A stretch of DNA of 64,000 nucleotides. Source: Nitrospirota bacterium (GTDB lineage Bacteria; Nitrospirota; Nitrospiria; JACQBZ01). Shown here in pieces: positions 26,339-35,513 of this stretch. Below the pieces are notes generated by a model. The model was not told where the DNA came from, did no database searches, and saw only the letters and a program-made list of their open reading frames with translations. The stretch lies in assembly GCA_016200255.1 (NCBI GenBank), contig JACQFA010000002.1, positions 3,807-67,806 on the forward strand, written 5' to 3'. Made by a program: the position numbers and the translations under genes. Numbering within the stretch: the stretch's first letter is position 1; each line of letters begins with the position of its first letter.

Positions 26339-27298
26339 ATGATTGAACTCAACAAAGGGATACGGATCGTCGGCACGGAGCTGTGGCTCGATTCGACCAA
26401 GGCGCGGCCGCTCGGCTTCATCTCCCATGCCCACGGCGATCACACCGCAAAGCACCAGCAGGTGATCGCGACTCCGGCCACCTGGTCGCTCTGCCGTCAT
26501 CGGCTCGGCGCCAAACCCCGGATCACGCCGCTTGAGTTTCGAAAACCTTATTCAGTGGACGGCCTCACGATCGAGCTTCTGCCGTCCGGCCATATCCTCG
26601 GCGCGGCCCAGATTTTAATCCAGAACGGCCAGCGCATCGTCTACACCGGCGACTTCAAGCTCAAGCCGAACCGGACGGCCGACCTGGCCGAGGTCCCGCA
26701 CTGCGACACGCTGATCATGGAATGCACCTTCGGCAAATCGCAGTATGTCTTTCCATCGGCGGACGAAGTCGAGCGGAGGCTGATTCAATTCATCGAATCG
26801 GCATTTGAGGACCGGAAGGTCCCGGTCCTGCTGGCCTACGCCATGGGAAAAAGTCAGGAGGTTTTAAAATTTCTCGGTGATCGGGGTTACACGGTCTGTC
26901 TTTCCAAGCTCACGATGGATGTTGTCAAGATTTACGAGACCTGCGGCGTCGTCTTTAAAAATCACGAACGGTTCATCAACGACAACCTGAATGGAAAAGT
27001 GCTGCTTCTGCCGCCTTATCTGGCCCGGACGCGGATGGTCGAGAAGATTCCAAACCGCCGCACCGCCGTACTGACCGGCTGGGCGATGGATGAGGAGGCC
27101 AAATACCGTTTCAGTGCGGACGAGGCGATTCCGATGTCGGACCATGCCGATTTCGAGGAGCTGAACGAATACGTGGACCGGGCGCGGCCGTCGAAGATCT
27201 ACACCGTCCACGGCGGGCCGGAATTCGCCCGGCATCTTCGCGCGCGCGGATTCGATGCCGAGCATCTCGCCCCCGGCACGCAGCTCGCGTTTTGGTAA
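26339..27298 (+). CDS. metallo-beta-lactamase / beta-CASP exonuclease (resembles the 'ligase-associated DNA damage response exonuclease' type)
   Basis: 'FISHAHGDHTAKH' (HxHxDH), 'SGHILGAA', 'ECTFG' and 'MSDHADF..YTVHG' are present. The ATG is at 26339 (MIELNKG..). The listed 26183 start overlaps the divergent gene. Confidence 0.8.
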   Translation: MIELNKGIRIVGTELWLDSTKARPLGFISHAHGDHTAKHQQVIATPATWSLCRHRLGAKPRITPLEFRKPYSVDGLTIELLPSGHILGAAQILIQNGQRIVYTGDFKLKPNRTADLAEVPHCDTLIMECTFGKSQYVFPSADEVERRLIQFIESAFEDRKVPVLLAYAMGKSQEVLKFLGDRGYTVCLSKLTMDVVKIYETCGVVFKNHERFINDNLNGKVLLLPPYLARTRMVEKIPNRRTAVLTGWAMDEEAKYRFSADEAIPMSDHADFEELNEYVDRARPSKIYTVHGGPEFARHLRARGFDAEHLAPGTQLAFW

Positions 27299-27313
27299 GT
27301 TAAGGGTCTCGTA

Positions 27314-28066
27314 ATGGAAAAATCAGCAACCGGTTTTCGCTGGCAATCCCTTCTGAGTCTGGTTCTTCCGGCGCGATGCCATACCTGCCGTCGGCATCTC
27401 CGCGGCGAAACGAATCCCTCTTTCTGCCTAGACTGCTGGGAGACGGTCTCGCTGATCGACGGCCCATGTTGTCCGAGATGCGGAAAGCCGTTTGCGTCCG
27501 ACGCGGCGCTCTCGCACAGTCCGGGCCATCTCTGCGGCGACTGCCGCGAGCGGCCGCCTCGCTTTGATCATGCCGTCGCGGCCGGATGGTATGAAGGCGT
27601 GCTGGCCGAGGCGATCCATCTCTTCAAGTACCGCGGCAAAACACTTCTGGTGCGGCCGCTGGGAGGTCTCCTCGTCAACGCGATGAACCGTCTTCCAAAG
27701 GTGGACGGTCTGGTGCCGGTCCCGCTTCATCCCTCCCGTCTTCGCGAGCGGGAATTCAATCAAGCGCTGCTCTTGTGCGATTATCTAAAGGCTGAATCGG
27801 GTCTGCCGGTGATTCACGATGGTCTTGAACGGATTCGCGAGACGCCGCCCCAGATCGGACTGGCCCATGCGGCCCGCCGGGGCAACGTCCGCCGTGCATT
27901 CGTTTCGAAGCGTCCCGAACGGATCGAGGGGCGGCGGATCGCGCTGATCGACGATGTTTTCACGACCGGCGCGACCGTGAACGACTGCGCGCGGGCCTTG
28001 AAACAGGCCGGGGCCGAGACGGTTTGTGTGCTGACCGTCGCGCGGACGCCGGTTGGAGCGGGCTGA
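27314..28066 (+). CDS. comF: ComF family protein (PRTase domain with N-terminal Zn-finger)
   Basis: N-terminal 'CHTCRRHL..CLDCW..CCPRCGKPF' cysteine motifs are followed by the PRTase loop 'IALIDDVFTTGATV'. Confidence 0.85.
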   Translation: MEKSATGFRWQSLLSLVLPARCHTCRRHLRGETNPSFCLDCWETVSLIDGPCCPRCGKPFASDAALSHSPGHLCGDCRERPPRFDHAVAAGWYEGVLAEAIHLFKYRGKTLLVRPLGGLLVNAMNRLPKVDGLVPVPLHPSRLREREFNQALLLCDYLKAESGLPVIHDGLERIRETPPQIGLAHAARRGNVRRAFVSKRPERIEGRRIALIDDVFTTGATVNDCARALKQAGAETVCVLTVARTPVGAG

Positions 28067-28089
28067 GAAGAGCCGAAAGGGAGAGGACA

Positions 28090-28572
28090 ATGGAACTCAA
28101 AACGATCCAGATCGAGAAACCAGACGATCTCAATTTTATTCTGGGCCAGGCCCATTTCATCAAGACGGTGGAGGATCTGCACGAAGCGCTGGTTTCGGCC
28201 GTGCCGGGGATCAAGTTCGGACTGGCCTTCTGCGAATCGTCCGGACTGTGTCTCGTCCGCGCGAGCGGGACGGATACGGCGCTGATCGAGCTGGCAAAGA
28301 AAAATGCCTACGCCTTATCGGCCGGTCATGCCTTCATCATCTTCCTTCGCGACGTCTTCCCGATCAATGTTTTGAATGCCGTCAAGTCGGTTCAGGAGGT
28401 CTGCGCGATCTATTGCGCCAGCGCAAATCCGGTCGAGGTGATCCTGGCTGAGACGGAGCAGGGCCGCGGAATCCTGGGCGTGGTGGACGGATTCCGATCC
28501 AAGGGCATCGAGACGGAGAAGGACGTGGCGGCACGGAAGGAACTGCTGCGGCGGTTCGGGTATAAGGCGTGA
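28090..28572 (+). CDS. adenosine-specific-kinase-family protein (Pfam Adenosine_kin type)
   Basis: 'MELKTIQIEKPDDLNFILGQAHFIKTVEDLHEALVSAVPGIKFGLAFCESSG' and 'EQGRGILGVVDG' match my memory of this ~160-aa family. The ATG at 28090 follows GGGAGAGG. Confidence 0.75.
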   Translation: MELKTIQIEKPDDLNFILGQAHFIKTVEDLHEALVSAVPGIKFGLAFCESSGLCLVRASGTDTALIELAKKNAYALSAGHAFIIFLRDVFPINVLNAVKSVQEVCAIYCASANPVEVILAETEQGRGILGVVDGFRSKGIETEKDVAARKELLRRFGYKA

Positions 28573-29042
28573 AGACCGCAGGATACTCAGACCGTCATCC
28601 CAAACGCAAGCAGATCGTCTTCCGCCCCATCGGCATCGTCCGCTCGGCGCATCGCGAGCCGGAAAACCGGGACTGGGACACGGTCGTCTCAGAAATCCAA
28701 ATCGATCCGAAATGGGCCAAGGGACTGAAGGGGCTCGAGGACTTTTCGCATATCATCGTACTGTTCCATCTGTCCCGTGCTCAAGGTGTAAATCTTCTCG
28801 TGCATCCCAAGCGACGGATGGATCTCCCGCTGGTCGGGATGTTCTCAACGCGATCCCCTCATCGCCCGAACCCGATCGCGATGACGATCTGCCGGTTAGT
28901 CAAACGACGCGGAACCCGCCTCACGGTGAAGGGCCTGGATACAATCGACGGCACGCCCGTGATCGACATCAAGCCGTACATCCCGGACAACGACTTAGTC
29001 AAACGCGCCCGGGTGGCGAAATGGATTTATAAGCTAAGATAG
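28569..29042 (+). CDS. trmO: tRNA (t6A37-N6)-methyltransferase TrmO / TsaA (YaeB) family
   Basis: 'FRPIGIVRS', 'FSHIIVLFHL' and 'STRSPHRPNPIAMT..LDTIDGTPVIDIKPYIP' are present. The GTG start overlaps the upstream stop (GTGA). Confidence 0.85.
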   Translation: MKTAGYSDRHPKRKQIVFRPIGIVRSAHREPENRDWDTVVSEIQIDPKWAKGLKGLEDFSHIIVLFHLSRAQGVNLLVHPKRRMDLPLVGMFSTRSPHRPNPIAMTICRLVKRRGTRLTVKGLDTIDGTPVIDIKPYIPDNDLVKRARVAKWIYKLR

Positions 29043-29057
29043 ATCTTTCTATGAATC

Positions 29058-31010
29058 TCAGCGGGCAGACTGAGAAGGGACCGGCTCAAGTTCTTCTGCG
29101 CCCACTTCGGTCGTCGTATAGGGCTTCTTCTGAATCAGGTAGCCGTACCATTTGATGATTGAGTCGGTCAGAATGATCACGGCCAGTGTGGCGACGATGC
29201 CGACGAGCGTCGCGTCGAGCCGGAGGCTGAAGGCTTGTGAGGCGTTTTCGGGCTGAGCGGCGTTGGCCAGATAGATGAAAAAGAGTTGATAGCTTGCGGT
29301 GAGGGTGACGGTTCCCACGAAAACCATCGGGACGGCCGTCACCCAGATATAGTTCGCCTTCCCCATCTTGATCAGCACCGTCGTCCCGATGCAGAGTGCC
29401 AATGTTCCCAACAGTTGGTTCGCCGCGCCGAACATCGGCCAGACCGTGGCGATCGATCCGGTCGAGATGAGATAGCCCCAGGCGAAGACCACGGCGGCGC
29501 TGGAGAAGACGACCCCCGGCCACCAGTTGAGGTTCTTCAACGGCGCGAAGACCTGCCCGCCCGTTTCCTGGATCAGATACCGCGCCACGCGGGTCCCGGC
29601 GTCGATCGTCGTCAAGATGAACAGCGCCTCGAACAGCAGCGCGAACTGGTACCAGTAGGCCATCAGGGAGTTCATTCCCGGCAGGGACGAAAAGATCGAG
29701 GCCATCCCGACCGCCAGCGAGACCGCGCCGCCGGGCCGGCCCGCCACGTTCACTTCGACCAGTTGAGACAGAGCCTGGAGATGCGCCGTCGGAAATCCCA
29801 GCGCCGCGAGCGCGTTGGCCGAAAGTTTCGTATTGATCGCAAAGTAATCGCCGGGCATCAGGATCGTGGCCGCGATCAAGGCCATCACACCGACGAAACT
29901 TTCCATCAGCATCGCCCCGTACCCGATCATCGCGTGGGATTCGCACGAGAGCATTTTGGGCGTCGTCCCGGAGGAGACGAGCGAATGGAACCCGGAGATC
30001 GCGCCGCAGGCGATCGTGATGAAGACAAACGGGAAGAGCGTGCCGGGGATGACCGGCCCGTTGCCGTGGATGAAGGCCGTGACGGCCGGCATCTGGACCG
30101 TCGGGGCCATCAGGATCACGCCGATGCCGAGCAACCAGACCACGCCGACCTTCATGAAGGTCGAAAGGTAATCCCGCGGCACCAAAAGCATCCAGACCGG
30201 AAGGACCGAGGCCAGAAACCCGTAGCAGGCCAGCAGCCAGACCAACGTCTCCTTTTCAAAATTAAAAAAACCTGCTAATCCCGAATGGGCGACCCAGCGC
30301 CCCATCATAACCGAGAAGACCAGCAGCATGATCCCGATGATCGAAACCTCGCCCACTTTCTCCGGCCGGAATTTCTGCAGATAGAAACCCATCAGGAAGG
30401 CGATCGGGATCGTCAAGGTCAGGGTGAAGGTGCCCCAGGGATTGTGATACAGCGCGTTCACGACGGCCAGCCCGAGTCCGGCCAGCGCGACGACCACGAT
30501 GAAAAGCACCCCGATCGTGGTCGCGATTCCGGTCAGCGGTCCGATCTCGTCTTTGGCGATCTGGGGGAGCGAACGGCCGTTCCGGCGCATCGAGGCGACG
30601 AGGATGACGAAATCCTGTACCGCGCCGGCCAGTACCGCGCCGATCACAAGCCAGAGAAACCCGGGCAGGTATCCGAACTGGGCCGCCAGGACCGGTCCCA
30701 ACAGCGGACCCGCGCCGGCGATCGCGGCAAAATGGTGGCCGAACAAAACGAAGCGGTTGGTGGGTTGGAAGTTTTTATCATCGCGGAGACGGTGGGCCGG
30801 TGTGATCCTCCGGTCGTCCAGGTTGACGACGCGTGTTTTCAGAAACCGGCCGTAGAAACGGATTGCGAGAATATAAAAGCAGGCCGCGGCCACGACGAGC
30901 CAGAGCGCGTTCAGTTCTTCGGCGGGGTTCAATATCCCGGCTACGATCGCAAAGGCCACGGCGCACAGAACGGCCAGGGCCACCCAGCCGATATTTTTAA
31001 GTATCTCCAT
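29058..31010 (-). CDS. cstA: carbon starvation protein A (peptide/pyruvate transporter)
   Basis: 'LNALWLVVAAACFYILAIRFYGRF', 'FGHHFAAIAGAGPLLGPVLAAQFGYLPG' and 'ACGAISGFHSLVSSGTTPK' match CstA. The start at 31010 (MEILKN..) gives the same N-terminal length as E. coli CstA; 31040 is the alternative. Confidence 0.9.
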   Translation of the reverse strand: MEILKNIGWVALAVLCAVAFAIVAGILNPAEELNALWLVVAAACFYILAIRFYGRFLKTRVVNLDDRRITPAHRLRDDKNFQPTNRFVLFGHHFAAIAGAGPLLGPVLAAQFGYLPGFLWLVIGAVLAGAVQDFVILVASMRRNGRSLPQIAKDEIGPLTGIATTIGVLFIVVVALAGLGLAVVNALYHNPWGTFTLTLTIPIAFLMGFYLQKFRPEKVGEVSIIGIMLLVFSVMMGRWVAHSGLAGFFNFEKETLVWLLACYGFLASVLPVWMLLVPRDYLSTFMKVGVVWLLGIGVILMAPTVQMPAVTAFIHGNGPVIPGTLFPFVFITIACGAISGFHSLVSSGTTPKMLSCESHAMIGYGAMLMESFVGVMALIAATILMPGDYFAINTKLSANALAALGFPTAHLQALSQLVEVNVAGRPGGAVSLAVGMASIFSSLPGMNSLMAYWYQFALLFEALFILTTIDAGTRVARYLIQETGGQVFAPLKNLNWWPGVVFSSAAVVFAWGYLISTGSIATVWPMFGAANQLLGTLALCIGTTVLIKMGKANYIWVTAVPMVFVGTVTLTASYQLFFIYLANAAQPENASQAFSLRLDATLVGIVATLAVIILTDSIIKWYGYLIQKKPYTTTEVGAEELEPVPSQSAR

Positions 31011-31122
31011 CCCGTCTCTCCCGGAATCAGAACGGTTCATTATAGTGATCCCTTGGGAGGGCGTCAAGAAAAGGGTGGTGGGTCCGTTGACAATCGCAAT
31101 TGCGCGGTGATACGGTGACGGC

Positions 31123-31818
31123 ATGCCCGCCTTAAAAAAGGCCCTGATCATTTTCGCGAAGGTTCCGAAACCCGGACAGGTGAAAACGAGGCTCCAGCCG
31201 GAGTTGTCGCCGGATGCGTCCAGCCAGATTTATCTCGCGTTTATCCTGGATACTCTCTCGGCCACGGCCCCGTTGAAGGGCGTGAAACGCATTCTGGCCT
31301 GTGATTCGACGCGGCGGGATCCGTTTTTCATCCAGCTTGCGGAACGATACAACCTGGCGCTGATCGATCAAACCGGCGAAAACCTCGGGGCCCGGATGAG
31401 GAACGCCGTCGCGGAGGCCTATCGGCTGGGCTTTGGCCAGGCCGTGATCATCGGGACGGACATTCCGACGCTTCCGGTCGATTATATCCAAGAGGCGTTT
31501 AAACATCTGAAGAAAAGTCCCTTGGTGCTGGGTCCGAGCGCCGACGGCGGTTATTACCTCATCGGCGGTTCCGGATCCATTCCGCCGATCTTCGATGGAG
31601 TCCACTGGGGGACGGAGCAGGTCCTGACGCAGACGCTTCAACGGATCACCGAGAACAAGCTCGATGCGGCCCTTCTTCCGTTCTGGTACGACGTGGATAC
31701 GGTCGGTGACCTCCGGTTTTTATCGCAGCACCTGGTTTACCTCGAACGGCAGACGGGGAAATGCGCGGCGGCCGAGACGTCCCGCGTTCTCAAGACATTA
31801 AAACTGGACATTCCGTAA
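31123..31818 (+). CDS. DUF2064 / TIGR04282-type glycosyltransferase-like protein
   Basis: 'ALIIFAKVPKPGQVKTRLQPELS..AFILDTL' is the signature start of this family; 231 aa. Confidence 0.75.
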   Translation: MPALKKALIIFAKVPKPGQVKTRLQPELSPDASSQIYLAFILDTLSATAPLKGVKRILACDSTRRDPFFIQLAERYNLALIDQTGENLGARMRNAVAEAYRLGFGQAVIIGTDIPTLPVDYIQEAFKHLKKSPLVLGPSADGGYYLIGGSGSIPPIFDGVHWGTEQVLTQTLQRITENKLDAALLPFWYDVDTVGDLRFLSQHLVYLERQTGKCAAAETSRVLKTLKLDIP

Positions 31819-31872
31819 AGCCGAAATCCTCTTGCGGCGCCCTCGGGAGTGTGTTATAAATTCAAAACAGAA

Positions 31873-31948
31873 GGCGGCGTACCCAAGTGGCTAAGGGAGC
31901 AGTCTGCAAAACTGCGATTCGGCGGTTCAATCCCGCCCGCCGCCTCCA
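31873..31948 (+). tRNA. tRNA-Cys: tRNA-Cys (anticodon GCA), CCA encoded
   Basis: Cloverleaf by hand: acceptor GGCGGCG/CGCCGCC, anticodon arm GCAGT-CTGCAAA-ACTGC, T arm GGCGG-TTCAATC-CCGCC. It has discriminator U73 and an A13:A22 mismatch, both typical of tRNA-Cys. Confidence 0.9.
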
Positions 31949-31957
31949 CCTTTCCCT

Positions 31958-32362
31958 CTACCAACCCTTCAGTACCATCCGCAGTTTTTCGACATCCTGC
32001 TCATCGCACCAGACGTAGGCCGAATAGCGGGCCTCCAATCCCATCGCATCAACGGCATGGAGGTTGATCCCCTCCTGTGCGATCCGGTCGAGGGTGTCGG
32101 CCAGCGCTCCGGCGCGGTCCTCGCCCGTCAGATGAAAGCAGCTCCCTTCACGAAACACCCAGCCGGCCTCTCGCGCCACGTTTCGAAAAATGGCGGAATC
32201 CCACGGAATGGCGATGATCTCTCCATTGCCCCGGCCGGTTCCAAAACTCCAGACCGCGTGCAGATTAATCTCTCGCTCCGACATCTGCTTTGAAAATCGG
32301 GCCAGTTGCCCCGGCCGATCCTCTGTTGAAATCACAAAAAAAGTTTTCCGTGCAATGTCCAT
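31958..32362 (-). CDS. tandem ACT-domain protein
   Basis: The 134-aa product from the ATG at 32362 (GAGG RBS) has two 'F.V....RPG.LA......E.INL.AV'-type ACT repeats. The upstream 200 codons of the listed 334-aa ORF are not supported. Confidence 0.75.
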   Translation of the reverse strand: MDIARKTFFVISTEDRPGQLARFSKQMSEREINLHAVWSFGTGRGNGEIIAIPWDSAIFRNVAREAGWVFREGSCFHLTGEDRAGALADTLDRIAQEGINLHAVDAMGLEARYSAYVWCDEQDVEKLRMVLKGW

Positions 32363-32559
32363 TGTCGACCTCGCCCATCCCTTGAGCAGAACTGTTTTTA
32401 ACGGAACGCGCCGTTCGTGAAAGAAAAGCCCATGAAAAGATACGGATGATAAGATACGGAATTCTTGTAAAAAAGGCAAGCGGGGAACGGCACGACAGGA
32501 ACCGGGTCCGGTAAGGCAGGGCGGGCAGAGCCGTTTTTCGAAGCTACTGGCTCGTTTTT

Positions 32560-32823
32560 TTAATGCGAGGTTGTCCGGGGTGTCGACCGGAAGGCATCCG
32601 CCGCGCTCCAGACGGTCAGCACCAGCAGGAGCGCCAGCAGCAGGAGGTGCAGCATGGAAGCGTCCGTAAAGCCGCTCGACAGAACGGAACGGCGACGCAG
32701 CATGCCGCTCGCAATCAGTGTTCCGATCAGAAATGCCGTTCCCTTCATCCAATGATGGTTGAGCATCTGACCCGCGCCCGGCAGTATCGCCGAGAGGGCG
32801 GTTGCGATCCAGCGGTATGTCAT
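32560..32823 (-). CDS. small membrane protein (3 TM)
   Basis: The ATG at 32823 is preceded by GGAGGGAG. 'ALSAILPGAGQMLNHHWMKG' is followed by hydrophobic helices. Confidence 0.6.
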   Translation of the reverse strand: MTYRWIATALSAILPGAGQMLNHHWMKGTAFLIGTLIASGMLRRRSVLSSGFTDASMLHLLLLALLLVLTVWSAADAFRSTPRTTSH

Positions 32824-33023
32824 GGTCTCCCTCCTCGTTCGTCTCTTGAAGTGGCACGCCATCCCGGCGGCCATGAAGCATCCAACCTGCCATTATTTTA
32901 CCGTAAATTCCTAATCCGTCAACCCTTATTTGCAATGACCTGCGTTTATTTTCATTGATCATTCATCCGGTGGTTCATTGAGTCCGCCGGTAGGGGCTGT
33001 TTATTCATGGGGAAATGTTGCGC

Positions 33024-33053
33024 TTGACACGCTCAAGAGCGCTCAGTCATAAT
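33024..33053 (+). promoter_or_regulatory. candidate sigma-70 promoter for the PilZ gene
   Basis: TTGACA (33024..33029), an 18-nt spacer, then CATAAT (33048..33053). It lies ~33 nt upstream of the ATG at 33086. Confidence 0.45.
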
Positions 33054-33085
33054 GGTTTCGTGAACCGATTCTCTCGTTGAGGCCC

Positions 33086-33433
33086 ATGACGAACAAACGA
33101 CATTACAAGCGAGTCACGATCAAGTCGGTTGGAGATATTCTTTGTATGGACGACAACCGCCGATTCAAGGCGTTTGTGGGCGGGATCAGCCGGGGCGGGC
33201 TGGAGATTTATTCGCAGGAGACGGTAAATCGCGACTGTCGGTTGAAGATCAGCCTGTCGTTTTTGGATAAGGATGGTAAGCCGATGGTCGAAAACCTGAC
33301 GGGTCAGGTGCGCTGGTCCGCGCCGTTTCAAGATGCATATATCGCCGGAATTCAGTTCGACGTGCTGGTGAACGAGGACGCCACGCCGGCGCTGGCGGAC
33401 TATATCGAAAATGCAGAACGTTACTTCACCTGA
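33086..33433 (+). CDS. PilZ-domain protein (c-di-GMP receptor type)
   Basis: 'KRHYKR' (RxxxR-like) and 'GGISRGGLEI' (D/NxSxxG-like) are at PilZ spacing. The ATG is at 33086; the listed 33077 start is a TTG. Confidence 0.7.
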   Translation: MTNKRHYKRVTIKSVGDILCMDDNRRFKAFVGGISRGGLEIYSQETVNRDCRLKISLSFLDKDGKPMVENLTGQVRWSAPFQDAYIAGIQFDVLVNEDATPALADYIENAERYFT

Positions 33434-33455
33434 AATGCATGGGTCAAGATTGGGA

Positions 33456-33671
33456 ATGCCGGAAAGAGAACAGAAAGTGATCATGCATGCCGTGATGTCC
33501 ACGCGAGGCCCGTTTATCGTCTGCCATTTCTGTTATTCACAGTTAAAAGACGAGGCCAAGCTGGACCCGCGCGACCGGGCCGTTTCGGATACGGTCTCGG
33601 ACGAATTCTGCGTCAATTGTTATGACCGGAACAAGATACTGATTGATGATCTGGCCGGCAGCACGGAATAA
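33456..33671 (+). CDS. small Cys-pair protein (CxxC..CxxC), hypothetical
   Basis: 'CHFCYS' and 'CVNCYD' pairs are present. The start is uncertain (ATG at 33456, 33483 or 33495). It lies directly downstream of the PilZ gene. Confidence 0.3.
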   Translation: MPEREQKVIMHAVMSTRGPFIVCHFCYSQLKDEAKLDPRDRAVSDTVSDEFCVNCYDRNKILIDDLAGSTE

Positions 33672-33673
33672 CG

Positions 33674-33826
33674 ATGGATGATGACGAGGAGATCGAGCTT
33701 CCGATCCTGCCCCCCGCCATCCCGGGCCCGGACTGTCCTTTTTGCGGCGAACCCACCTTGAGCGTGGATGGAGACTTCATCTGTCTTGATTGCAATGGCG
33801 GAAGCTACGGTCCGGAGACCGGATAA
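33674..33826 (+). CDS. 50-aa Zn-ribbon mini-protein, hypothetical (below the ORF-track length cut-off)
   Basis: My own translation is MDDDEEIELPILPPAIPGPDCPFCGEPTLSVDGDFICLDCNGGSYGPETG*. It starts 2 nt after the previous stop. Confidence 0.3.
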   Translation: MDDDEEIELPILPPAIPGPDCPFCGEPTLSVDGDFICLDCNGGSYGPETG

Positions 33827-33903
33827 CGTCGGATTCGGCCGCCATTCGTAAGCACTCTCCAGGAAAGTTCGAAAAATCTCCCTAAACCCCGCGCGATTGA
33901 ACC

Positions 33904-35319
33904 ATGGCCATGATGAAAAAAACAGTTTCCCTTATTCTATCGCTCATCTTCATACTGACGGCCTGTGCGGCGCCTTCAACCCGGCCGACTCAACCCGCTC
34001 CCGAAACCGAACGCCGGCCGCCGGCGGACCGCGGCAAGGAACTGGGAAAGGAATTCCTGGCGGAAGCCCGGAAACAGTATCGGTTCGTCACAGATCAAAC
34101 GGTGGTGGATGCCGTCAACCAAGTGGGCCGTCGGCTGGTCACGGCGGCCGGCGGTGCTCCGGACGCATTTCATTTCTTCGTGGTCAGCGAGATTCAGCCG
34201 AATGCGTTTGCGATTCCGGGAGGATATATCTTCGTTTTTGACGGGCTTCTCGCCAAACTGAACTCGGAGGATGAGCTGGCCGGTGTTCTGGCCCATGAAA
34301 CCGGCCACGTCATGCACAACCATTTTTTTAAAGACGATTCGAAAGTAACCGCCCTGAGTCTGGCCACCATCGCGGCGATCCTTTTGTCGAGAGGGAGCGG
34401 GGCGGCCGCCAGCATCGCAATCGCCGCCAATATCTCAGCACAGCTTCATTTCAGCCGCGAGAATGAAGAGGAAGCCGACGCGTCGGGCATGCAATACCTC
34501 AAACAGGCCGGGTATGATCCGAAGGGGATGCTGAATTTTTTTCAGACCCTGCTTAACTATGAACGAATCAATGGCGCCGAGATACCGGCCTATCTGGAGA
34601 CACACCCGGCGCTGGACGATCGCATCCATCTTGTGGAGATGCGTATGGCCCGTCCGGTGGACAGCGTCCTGTCCTCTCCTCGAAAAGTCGTGGATTGGGA
34701 CCGCGTGGAAACCGTGATCCGGGCCAAAAGTCAGACCTGGAAGGATGTCGCCCAGCTGTTTCCCGGCCGGTCGGCCGGAACCGCTACGGATGAACGATTC
34801 CACTACCTTTCCGGTCTGGCCTACTTGACGGCGGATCGGGTGGCCGAAGCCATTACCGAGTATCGGGCGGCGTTGTCCGCGTCTCCGGCCAATCCGGTTT
34901 ATCATGCCGATCTGGCAACGGCCTATTTAAAAAGCCAGGAGATCGAGCGGGCGAGGGCCGAGGCGCTTGAGAGTCTGAAACAGTCGAAGCCGGGCGAGGA
35001 GCCTCCGTCCGCGTTTCTCGTTCTCGGAATGCTGGAAGAGCATGCCGGCCGGTTGGAAGAGGCCCGTCACCACTACGAAGACGTGATTCAGCGGGACCCG
35101 GATCACGCTTTCGCCCAGTATCATCTCGGACAGGTTTATTTTCAAACCGGGAATCCGAAGGAAGCTGCCTATCACACGGGACGCTATCTTCGGCTCAACC
35201 TGGAGCCGGAAGCGGCGCTCCGTGAATTCAAGCGGGCCAAGGATCTTGCTTCCAAGGACAGCGACCTGGCCCGAACGATCCAGGAACAGATTGATCAGAT
35301 CAATTCGGACGGGATCTAA
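33904..35319 (+). CDS. M48-family Zn metalloprotease with C-terminal TPR repeats (BepA-like), lipoprotein
   Basis: Lipobox 'ILTAC', 'HETGHVMHNH' (HExxH) and 'EEEADASG' are present. The C-terminal half contains TPR repeats. Confidence 0.85.
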   Translation: MAMMKKTVSLILSLIFILTACAAPSTRPTQPAPETERRPPADRGKELGKEFLAEARKQYRFVTDQTVVDAVNQVGRRLVTAAGGAPDAFHFFVVSEIQPNAFAIPGGYIFVFDGLLAKLNSEDELAGVLAHETGHVMHNHFFKDDSKVTALSLATIAAILLSRGSGAAASIAIAANISAQLHFSRENEEEADASGMQYLKQAGYDPKGMLNFFQTLLNYERINGAEIPAYLETHPALDDRIHLVEMRMARPVDSVLSSPRKVVDWDRVETVIRAKSQTWKDVAQLFPGRSAGTATDERFHYLSGLAYLTADRVAEAITEYRAALSASPANPVYHADLATAYLKSQEIERARAEALESLKQSKPGEEPPSAFLVLGMLEEHAGRLEEARHHYEDVIQRDPDHAFAQYHLGQVYFQTGNPKEAAYHTGRYLRLNLEPEAALREFKRAKDLASKDSDLARTIQEQIDQINSDGI

Positions 35320-35333
35320 TTTGAATAGGGAAT

Positions 35334-35418
35334 GCCGGAGTGGTGGAATGGTAGACACAAGGGACTTAAAATCCCTCGCGCAGAAACGCGCGTGACGGTT
35401 CGAGTCCGTCCTCCGGCA
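35334..35418 (+). tRNA. tRNA-Leu: tRNA-Leu (anticodon UAA), long variable arm, CCA not encoded
   Basis: Acceptor GCCGGAG/CTCCGGC, anticodon arm AGGGA-CTTAAAA-TCCCT, variable stem CGCG..CGCG, T arm GACGG-TTCGAGT-CCGTC, discriminator A. Confidence 0.9.
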
Positions 35419-35513
35419 GACTTTATGTTTAGACGCCGTTTCCCCTTCCCGATTTCCCCAAAACGCTCAAGATAAAAAATGAGGTTATTTGCTTTAGATA
35501 TCACGTTATTGCC

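Noticed and set aside
32363-32962. Upstream 200 codons of the listed 334-aa ORF 31958..32962
   Set aside because: Only the last 134 aa look like a protein (tandem ACT). The extension overlaps the separately supported small membrane gene 32560..32823 in another frame and has junk composition.
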